Origin: Alphaproteobacteria bacterium
GTDB lineage: Bacteria; Pseudomonadota; Alphaproteobacteria; Rs-D84
Length of the DNA: 64,000 bases
Reading direction: 5' to 3'
NCBI GenBank assembly: GCA_017935245.1
Contig: JAGBHZ010000003.1
Location: 6,956 to 70,955, forward strand
The position numbers and the translations under genes were made by a program. Below the pieces are notes generated by a model, which ran no database searches, was not told where the DNA came from, and saw only the letters and a list, made by a program, of their open reading frames with translations. Of this stretch, positions 52,981-60,146 are shown in pieces (within the stretch, counting starts at the first letter, position 1; every line of letters begins with the position of its first letter).

Positions 52981-55128
52981 ATGAAACGTCGTAATTTTTT
53001 AGTTTGTTGTAAAAATGCAGTCGGCACGATATTTTTACTGGGGGGGGCATTTTTAACATGTTCGACATTAATGTCGATGCGTTCTGCATTTGCAGACCCA
53101 ATTGCGCCGGTAAATTCTGGCACGTTATCGCCAATGGCAACACGTGCGGGAAATGCTGTTCGTTCCGGCCGGGCCAGTCCACGTAACACATCTGCCAAAA
53201 CAACGGTGTCCCGTGGCACGTCATCGGCGGTGCAATCGCGTGGTGTTGCGGCACGTACAACCACGCGTCCGACAACCGCGTCGGTAACAACTGGGGCGCC
53301 ATCACGTGCGGTTGCAAATCGTAACGTTGTGTCGCGTACGGCAACAACGGCGGCAACCCGCACAACGGCAAATCGTTCGGGGCGCACGGTTCGTGCGCGT
53401 AATGCGGACACGTCGCGTGTATCTTTGCAGGGGGCTGCAATTCGCGGGTCCAAGGCATCAACATCAAATTACACATATTTAACCAATAAATTATACACGG
53501 GTAATTATTCAAACATTATTGATTCCAGTACCGGTTTAATTTCGGCCGAAGCGTTCAATAACTGTATGGAATCATATTACACATGTATGGACGAAATTTG
53601 TACCGCACGTAACGCGGCCCAGCGTCGCTGTGCATGCGCCGGCCGTGTCAAAGCATTTGCAGAGGCCGAAGCCCAACTGGAAACCGCAAACGAAGAATTG
53701 ATAAAGGTGTCGGGCGAATTGGCATTGCTAATCGCGAACAAGGGCAAGGATGTATCCGATGCGTTTAAATTAACCGACGCTGAAAAGGTTATGAACTGTG
53801 TTTCATGGCGCGAAGCCAGCAATAATGGCACAATTGATGCCAAAGATTTTGGTAACTGGTGTGCGGAACATGGAATCTTTGACGGTTCGTGCAGTGAAAA
53901 AAGCGCCCCGGCATATTGTTCAACAACGGGCAATGGCGGCAATACATTTGGATTTGATATTTCTGAATTGGATGGGTCGGGTTCGGACATTCTGGCGTCG
54001 TTAAAGGCATGGGCCGCGGCCAAGGATGAAACAATCACAATCCTAAAAGATGATACAGAAAATCTGATGACGGGCCTGGGGATAATCAGCAGTACGGTTA
54101 ACAGTATGGCCGGTATCAGTGGGGCAATCGCAAATTCAGATGATTTAAAAGATTCCCTGGCGGAAACATGGGGTTATGAATTGTTTGAATATGCGCACAA
54201 CAATGTATGTTCACGCGTTTTGGATTCATGCTTTAACGGTATTTACGAGGCATGTGGTACACCAGGTGAAAATGCCAATAAGTGTGGTAATGGCGCAACC
54301 CAGTGTCCATATAATTACAACAGTAAGATTTCAGTAGATACATCAAGTGGTGAATATAATCTAAAATTCATAACGGCCAATACTGATTACACGGCATCTA
54401 ATTCTGCAAGATGCTTTGGTTATACATCTGCATCGGGTGATCCGTATGCGTCATTGCGTGGTCCGGTTGCCGATGCCCGCCGCAGCATTATGCAAAAATA
54501 TGCATTGGATGCAAATGCGGATTGTGATGCATATGGCGAACAATTGCGCACCACCGCCCAAAATATTGGGTATCAAAAGGTTGCCGCCCAACAGGCCCTG
54601 CAACAAAAGCGTCTGGAATTTGCAACCGAAGAACGCGAATCAATTCTGGCATCGGCCCAGACGGCGTCTGCAAACTTTAACGAATGTTTAAGTGAGATAT
54701 ATGAATGCTATGTCGAAACCGAACAAAGTGAAAAGAATTGGACATCTTCACGTATTAAAACATACTGTGCCCAGATTGCCAATATACCGCATTGTTACGA
54801 AGAAATGATTTGTACACCATCGGGCGCACAATTCAGTGCGGTTATCGACGAAGAAGACGCAACCGACTGTGCCAATACCCAAGATTACACAACAAATACA
54901 TGTCGTAACGTTGTAACATTAAATGAAATCTTGAACGGGGCATATACCGGTTCTATGGCGGGCTTTACCCCCCAATGGGGCGCCGGCGCAACCCAGGATT
55001 CAACCCAGTTGCGTGAATATTGTCTGCGCAATGCAATGGGAATACCATTGGATGGTGATGTAAAAGGCAAGGGCGAAGATACATGGAATATCCGCAGTTG
55101 GAAAAAGGATACAGGTTCCGAAGATTAA
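52981..55128 (+). CDS. Large secreted protein: Arg/Ser/Thr-rich low-complexity region plus Cys-rich helical C-region
   Basis: GGGGGG SD then ATG 52981. Signal/anchor AVGTIFLLGGAFLTCSTLMSMRSAFA. About 110 aa of R/T/S/A repeats. More than 30 Cys, including CMESYYTCMDEICTARNAAQRRCACAGR. Confidence 0.6.
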   Translation: MKRRNFLVCCKNAVGTIFLLGGAFLTCSTLMSMRSAFADPIAPVNSGTLSPMATRAGNAVRSGRASPRNTSAKTTVSRGTSSAVQSRGVAARTTTRPTTASVTTGAPSRAVANRNVVSRTATTAATRTTANRSGRTVRARNADTSRVSLQGAAIRGSKASTSNYTYLTNKLYTGNYSNIIDSSTGLISAEAFNNCMESYYTCMDEICTARNAAQRRCACAGRVKAFAEAEAQLETANEELIKVSGELALLIANKGKDVSDAFKLTDAEKVMNCVSWREASNNGTIDAKDFGNWCAEHGIFDGSCSEKSAPAYCSTTGNGGNTFGFDISELDGSGSDILASLKAWAAAKDETITILKDDTENLMTGLGIISSTVNSMAGISGAIANSDDLKDSLAETWGYELFEYAHNNVCSRVLDSCFNGIYEACGTPGENANKCGNGATQCPYNYNSKISVDTSSGEYNLKFITANTDYTASNSARCFGYTSASGDPYASLRGPVADARRSIMQKYALDANADCDAYGEQLRTTAQNIGYQKVAAQQALQQKRLEFATEERESILASAQTASANFNECLSEIYECYVETEQSEKNWTSSRIKTYCAQIANIPHCYEEMICTPSGAQFSAVIDEEDATDCANTQDYTTNTCRNVVTLNEILNGAYTGSMAGFTPQWGAGATQDSTQLREYCLRNAMGIPLDGDVKGKGEDTWNIRSWKKDTGSED

Positions 55129-55157
55129 AAAATCCCCGCAGTTGCGGGGATTTTTTT
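55129..55157 (+). terminator. Intrinsic terminator
   Basis: AAAAATCCCCGCAGTTGCGGGGATTTTTTT. Same hairpin as at 38434. Confidence 0.75.
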
Positions 55158-55213
55158 AAATTTCAAAGTGCAATTAATAATTAATATTAATGCTGCGATA
55201 TATAATAAGTATC

Positions 55214-55242
55214 TTGTATTTTGGTGAAAAATGGTTTATAAT
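55214..55242 (+). promoter_or_regulatory. Sigma70-like promoter of cassette 3
   Basis: TTGTAT (55214-19), 17 nt spacer, TATAAT (55237-42). TTATAATATGTGT is shared with the cassette 2 promoter. Confidence 0.5.
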
Positions 55243-55248
55243 ATGTGT

Positions 55249-55527
55249 TGAGTTCACAGGGATGTGGATTCGGGGTCGTCAAAAAGCCCATCAGCAATCG
55301 GTGCAAGAAAATTTGTACCGTATCCGCACATGAAAATTGGCGCGGAATGCGTCTTTTTTTGTGTTTATAACCCGATGTATTCGTGCGATGGTCGCACGGA
55401 CCACTTTCGTACGTCGGGGTGCCGTCGGTTATACAACAGGGCGCATTGCGCCCGAAAACCGGCGGGGTCAAAATTGCTGTTGATTTTTTGAACACCCCGA
55501 CCGCCATATTCCCGTGGCGGTGTTTTT
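55249..55527 (+). promoter_or_regulatory. Structured 5' leader with internal and terminal terminator hairpins
   Basis: GGCGC-GGAAT-GCGTC plus T7 (55339-60). GTCGGGGTG (55413-21) is complementary to CACCCCGAC (55493-501), which abuts the terminator ACCGCCA-TATTCCCG-TGGCGGT plus T5 (55500-27). Confidence 0.45.
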
Positions 55528-55541
55528 ATTGCGTGGGGGAA

Positions 55542-55970
55542 ATGATGCGGAAGATTTTATTGCTGTTTATGCTAATTACTGTATCGGCAAATGCGGCAAC
55601 AATGTGCGTGCCGGATTTTTCACAGATGTCTGATAAATGCACAGTTGTTAGTTATACAAAAAATACGTGGACAGTGAACTGTAATGGGGTTGAGGTTTCT
55701 GGAATAGCAATCCCAGGACAAAAAACATCTGCGGGTTTTGCTTATGATATAGAAGAGATTGTTTACTTTACGGCGTACTGCAATTGTTTAATGCAGCATC
55801 CGGTTGTGGGACAGTATTTATTGCCATTACCTGAACCCAATGTGTGTAGTGAGTGGGCCGGAATGTCTTGTGGTCAGTTTTGTGCACATGTTTTTGTGCC
55901 AAGATGTGGGTTTTCTAAGTGTAATCCGTATGCTGACCTGGGGATAAGTTGCACACAAGGATCGGGGTAA
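55542..55970 (+). CDS. Secreted Cys-rich protein, divergent type A (A3)
   Basis: Signal peptide MMRKILLLFMLITVSANA. Shares W.VNC, V.G, YCNC and C..FCA..F spacing with A1/A2. Confidence 0.55.
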   Translation: MMRKILLLFMLITVSANAATMCVPDFSQMSDKCTVVSYTKNTWTVNCNGVEVSGIAIPGQKTSAGFAYDIEEIVYFTAYCNCLMQHPVVGQYLLPLPEPNVCSEWAGMSCGQFCAHVFVPRCGFSKCNPYADLGISCTQGSG

Positions 55971-55975
55971 AATTC

Positions 55976-56374
55976 ATGAAAAAAATATTTATTGTTTATG
56001 CCGGTATTATGCCTGTGATTGCGAATGCTGTGGCGTGTCCAAGTGGTATGATGGCGGTGTCGTATGATGATTTTGCCCCAGTGGTATTTGGGGTATGCCC
56101 CGCGGGCTATGTTGCACATGATTTGCAGAATGTTTGTGCAAATGATTCATCGGGGGTGTGTTGGCTGGTGCGATTGGCGTGCGGGGCGGGGATAACACAA
56201 ATGAAAACATCGGCTGGGGTTGATTTTCCGATTTATGCAACGCGGCAAACAAATCCGTCGCTAAGTGTTAGGTATAATAATACAACATGTTATATGGATT
56301 TAGAGCAAGGCAAACAATCCGGTACAATTAATCTAAATTATAACGGTGTTGTTTATCATATGATTCCGAACTAG
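55976..56374 (+). CDS. Secreted Cys-rich protein, divergent type B (B3)
   Basis: Signal peptide. ACPSGMMAVSYDD and VCPAGYVAHD echo the CPSGY repeats of B1/B2, with an extra about 60-aa C-terminal tail. Confidence 0.55.
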   Translation: MKKIFIVYAGIMPVIANAVACPSGMMAVSYDDFAPVVFGVCPAGYVAHDLQNVCANDSSGVCWLVRLACGAGITQMKTSAGVDFPIYATRQTNPSLSVRYNNTTCYMDLEQGKQSGTINLNYNGVVYHMIPN

Positions 56375-56484
56375 TCATCTGAATTTATTTTCTGGCGCAG
56401 GGATTCCCAATAATCCAGGCGCTTTTTTATTTCGCGTTCAAAACCGCGTTCAACGGGATAATAAAATTTTTGCCGTCCCAATGT
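56371..56484 (-). pseudogene. rarA: In-frame continuation of rarA beyond the TAA (conserved C-terminal 37 codons)
   Basis: Same frame as rarA. Reads TLGRQKFYYPVERGFEREIKKRLDYWESLRQKINSDD*, which matches the RarA tail (YY.P..RG.E..I..RL). Confidence 0.7.
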
Positions 56485-57642
56485 TTATGGGAAACAATTT
56501 TGGCCACTGAAACCATTGGCGGTATCGGGGTCATAGATGTATCCCGCGTTATAGCCCAGATTCTTCATCATTTTTGTTGGTGCGTTCAAAATATTTTTTG
56601 GTGGCATTAATGAACCTGTTTCGCGGGCCACGGCATATGCCGCCTTTTGTGCTTTGTAATTGCCAATACTTTTTGGGGCGGTGCCCAGGTAAATCACCAA
56701 TTGCGTCAGGGCCAGGTCCCCTTCGGGACTGCCCAATCTTTCATAAGCCTGCCATGCGGCAATTGCCATTTGCAATGCGTTTGGATCGGCCAGGCCCACA
56801 TCTTCGACCGCAAAGCGGGTCAGGCGCCGGAATATGTACATTGGATCTTGGCCGGATGTCATCATGCGCGCCGTCCAATACAATGCGGCGTCCGTATCAC
56901 TGGCCCGCAGGGATTTATGCACCGCCGATATTAGGTTGTAATGTTCGTCGCCACTTTTGTCAGACAGTGGTGCGCGCTTTTGTACCGCGCTGTCCAATTC
57001 ATCGGGGGTTAAATCGTGTTTGAAATTCGCATGGATTAAATATTCAACCGTGTTTAATAAAAAGCGTGCATCGCCGTCCGCCATCTGGGCCAGGTGTGTG
57101 CGTGCATTTTCATCCAGTGGTAATTTTTTTTCTAAAAATTCTTCGGCGCGTTTTATTAATGTCAATAAATCTTCGGTGTCCAATGGTTGCAAGACCCCAA
57201 CGTGGCATCGCGATAATAATGCGTTGTTCAAATTAAAACTGGGGTTTTCGGTGGTTGCGCCCATAAATACAACCGTGCCATCTTCGAGATATGGCAACAG
57301 GGTGTCTTGTTGTGTCTTATTAAAGCGATGAATTTCATCAATAAACAGCAATGTGTTGCGGCCAATGTCGCGATTCATACGTGCGGCATCCATTGCCTTT
57401 TTTATGTCCGCCGTGCCAGAAAATACCGCAGACATTGGAACAAAATCCATATCGACCGAATTTGCCAATGCACGTGCGATTGTTGTTTTTCCGCATCCGG
57501 GTGGCCCCCATAAAATTAAATTAGATAACTTTTTATTATCAACCATACGACGAACCAGACCGTTTTCACCCAACAGTGTTTTTTGCCCGACAACATCCGC
57601 GATTGTGTTGGGACGCATTAAATCGGCAAGGGGTCGTGTCAT
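56485..57642 (-). CDS. rarA: Replication-associated recombination protein A (RarA/MgsA), ORF ending at a premature TAA
   Basis: LRPNTIADVVGQ, Walker A GPPGCGKTT, LLFIDEIHRFNK, GATTENP, MgsA C-domain ISAVHKSLRASDTDAALYW. Confidence 0.9.
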   Translation of the reverse strand: MTRPLADLMRPNTIADVVGQKTLLGENGLVRRMVDNKKLSNLILWGPPGCGKTTIARALANSVDMDFVPMSAVFSGTADIKKAMDAARMNRDIGRNTLLFIDEIHRFNKTQQDTLLPYLEDGTVVFMGATTENPSFNLNNALLSRCHVGVLQPLDTEDLLTLIKRAEEFLEKKLPLDENARTHLAQMADGDARFLLNTVEYLIHANFKHDLTPDELDSAVQKRAPLSDKSGDEHYNLISAVHKSLRASDTDAALYWTARMMTSGQDPMYIFRRLTRFAVEDVGLADPNALQMAIAAWQAYERLGSPEGDLALTQLVIYLGTAPKSIGNYKAQKAAYAVARETGSLMPPKNILNAPTKMMKNLGYNAGYIYDPDTANGFSGQNCFP

Positions 57643-57714
57643 GGTTTTACTTCGCTTTTATTTAGTGTTTATTTATGGTATAATTATTTTATTAAAAAAA
57701 CATGGGGTTGGCAA

Positions 57715-58077
57715 TTGGTAAATATAAATAAAAGTTCTGAATTTGCGTTGGCGGTGGCAAACCTGGCGGCGGCGGCAATGGCGGCAAATCCAGCGTTGGA
57801 TATGGAAACCGCGGTAAAAAATGCACGCGAAATTTTACGCGGTGCGTCTGTTACACCGCAACAAATCGAAGATTCAATTCAGCCAGATAAAATTCAATGT
57901 CTGGAAGATGGGACGTGGCATGTAATGCTGCGTCGATATATTAAGCGTCGGTTTAATATGACGCCTGAACAATATCGGGCGAAATGGGGTCTGCCGGTGG
58001 ATTATCCGTTTGTGGCACCCGCATATGCGCGCAAGCGTTCACGTATTGCAAAGAAAACAGGATTGGGGAAAAAGTAA
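57715..58077 (+). CDS. Ros/MucR family transcriptional regulator
   Basis: IQCLEDGTWHVMLRRYIKRRFNMTPEQYRAKWGLPVDYPFVAPAYARKRSRIAKKTGLG. TTG start. Confidence 0.8.
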   Translation: MVNINKSSEFALAVANLAAAAMAANPALDMETAVKNAREILRGASVTPQQIEDSIQPDKIQCLEDGTWHVMLRRYIKRRFNMTPEQYRAKWGLPVDYPFVAPAYARKRSRIAKKTGLGKK

Positions 58078-58078
58078 T

Positions 58079-59572
58079 ATGTCAAAAAAATTCGAAAAAA
58101 TTGTAAATGCGCCACACAAAGTCTTTGGGCGGGCCAAAGATAAATTATTGAGATGGAAGATAGAAGGCGAAAATCCAAAAATTAAAATAGAAACCAAGGA
58201 CAAAACAGTAACGATACCTGTACCCGAAAAGGAATTTAAAAAAGGGATCAGGGCGACCGGAATTTCCGTTACAGGGTTGGGACAGTTTTTATTTTGGGCG
58301 GCAAAATACTTAACATTGGATAATCATTTAACGCGTCAACTGGAAAAATTATTTACGAATAAAAAGGGCAGTAAAAAGAAAATCAAGCATCCCAATCTGG
58401 TTGGGCATTTAGTGTATTATGTGTTGGTGGCGATGGTTTCTGGGGCAACATGGCTGGGGGTGCGCGCATATGATAATGATAAACAAGATGATGAAGTTAA
58501 AGATAAAATTGAAAATGTCGAAGTAACAGGCAGTGATGATAAACCCGGTGTATTACGTAACGCGCGCGATTGGTTGCGAAACTTGTTCGGGGCATCAGAA
58601 AAAACAGAAGAGATTCGTGTTATACCGGGGACATATGGTGAATATCGGGCGCGTATGCAACCCGTGGTACCAATGATTGTGGCAGAAATTGTCGCAATGG
58701 AAGGCGCAGTTATGAGAAATGGTATGCATGTCGTATATGATGATGCGACAATGAAGCCGCTGAGACCGGGCCAAAACCCAAGGGGCAAGGCAACCCAGGG
58801 ATATGGTAATACGGTTAGAAAAGATAAAAAAGAATTAGACAGTAATTCGCCACCAATCACATCAGAAGAAGCACTGGAATGGGTGCGCTGGCATCTGGAA
58901 GATAAAGAGACTTTCTTGCTGATGTATTGTTATGAGGTGGCGTGCAAGGATGCAAATGTTAATTCTGTGCCAGAAGCCATGGCAATAGCGTCGATGATGT
59001 ATAATGGTGGAATATTGGTGCTGGAAAAAGATGGTCCGAATGTAAGAAATCGTTTTGAAGAAATTAGAAAATTGCACAAAGAACGTGGCGACGCGTTGAG
59101 CGAAGATGAAATCAAGGCGATTTTTAAAAAATATCCAATCAAAGATATGGCACATGTTGGAAAACATTGGTTGACCGGGGGCAGTGTCAAAGATGCCGCA
59201 GATGGTGCAGGGTGGTATATAAACGTAGACAAGGATGGTGATGGAATTAGGTGGCGTCGATGGTTAGAGGCATGTATTATGACGGGTGATATTACGGTCG
59301 AAGAGATATTAAATATCCCCGTGAATTATATGTCGGATTTCTTTGATTTGGTTGGTCGAGATAGAAAAAACTGGTTCATAGTAAAAAATGAAAGAAAAGC
59401 CAACGAAACAAGAACTGTGAACAGGGAAACCGTTGTCAGGTTTAGGGAGTGGGTGAAAAACCCAGTGGCAAAAGATGGAAGGACTTCGTTGGCACAAAAA
59501 CAACGGGTTCGTGATGTTATGCCAAAAGATGCGGTGCAAATGTGTATGGCGGATAATGTAAAAACTGGATAA
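58079..59572 (+). CDS. Membrane-anchored protein with C-terminal GH24 (phage-type) lysozyme-like domain
   Basis: Two TMs (GISVTGLGQFLFWAAKYL and LVYYVLVAMVSGATWLGV). MEGAVMRNGMHVVYDDATMKP...ATQGYGNT (E..D..T pattern) and ITSEEALEWVRWHLED...AIASMMYNGG. Confidence 0.5.
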   Translation: MSKKFEKIVNAPHKVFGRAKDKLLRWKIEGENPKIKIETKDKTVTIPVPEKEFKKGIRATGISVTGLGQFLFWAAKYLTLDNHLTRQLEKLFTNKKGSKKKIKHPNLVGHLVYYVLVAMVSGATWLGVRAYDNDKQDDEVKDKIENVEVTGSDDKPGVLRNARDWLRNLFGASEKTEEIRVIPGTYGEYRARMQPVVPMIVAEIVAMEGAVMRNGMHVVYDDATMKPLRPGQNPRGKATQGYGNTVRKDKKELDSNSPPITSEEALEWVRWHLEDKETFLLMYCYEVACKDANVNSVPEAMAIASMMYNGGILVLEKDGPNVRNRFEEIRKLHKERGDALSEDEIKAIFKKYPIKDMAHVGKHWLTGGSVKDAADGAGWYINVDKDGDGIRWRRWLEACIMTGDITVEEILNIPVNYMSDFFDLVGRDRKNWFIVKNERKANETRTVNRETVVRFREWVKNPVAKDGRTSLAQKQRVRDVMPKDAVQMCMADNVKTG

Positions 59573-60119
59573 AAAAGTTAAAAAGTATAAAAAGACAAAA
59601 AAACAAAAAATTGTCGAAAAAGAAACCTATGTAATTGGATATGAACAAGAATATGCGGCGGCACTGGAAGCGTATCAGAAAGAAAACTTTGAAGATGCGG
59701 CAAGACAGTACGAAGCCTTGGTTTTAAAATATCCAGATAATGCATTGTTGCGCAATGATTTGGCGGCAACTTATAATCATCTGGAACGATATGAAGATGC
59801 AATTGCACAGGTGCGTGAAATTGTGTGGCGTATTGGTGATAAAACACGATATGGGGCGGCACAATATAATGCAGGATTTGCGTATGAACAAATGGGTGAT
59901 TTGGAAAAAGCATGTGAAAATTACAGACTGGCTGTGGCAAATGGAAACCAAAATGCCGAAGATGACTTGAAACGTGTAATGCGGGCAATAAAAAATAAGA
60001 CGAAAACAAAAAAAGTTGCATTTAATGATGCCGCAGGACGTGTGGAATCATATGGACAAACGGCGGATTTCCTGTCGTATCTGGAAGAGGTGCAACGTAG
60101 AAATAATGATAATGCATAG
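59562..60119 (+). CDS. TPR-repeat protein; translation start unresolved
   Basis: TPR helices YAAALEAYQKENFEDAARQYEALVLKYPDNALLRNDLAATYNHLERYEDAI and AQYNAGFAYEQMGDLEKACENYRLAV. Frame is open from 59562 with no ATG/GTG/TTG before TTG 59718, which lies inside a TPR helix. Confidence 0.55.
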   Translation, partial: KLDKKVKKYKKTKKQKIVEKETYVIGYEQEYAAALEAYQKENFEDAARQYEALVLKYPDNALLRNDLAATYNHLERYEDAIAQVREIVWRIGDKTRYGAAQYNAGFAYEQMGDLEKACENYRLAVANGNQNAEDDLKRVMRAIKNKTKTKKVAFNDAAGRVESYGQTADFLSYLEEVQRRNNDNA

Positions 60120-60146
60120 TTTGAATTTTTGGAGGTAATATATAAC

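Noticed and set aside
56485-56487. Alternative genetic code (TAA reassigned) as the explanation for the in-frame stop in rarA.
   Set aside because: TAA terminates many clearly complete genes in this window (for example uvrB, tsaE, recA and trxB), so a genome-wide reassignment is not supported.
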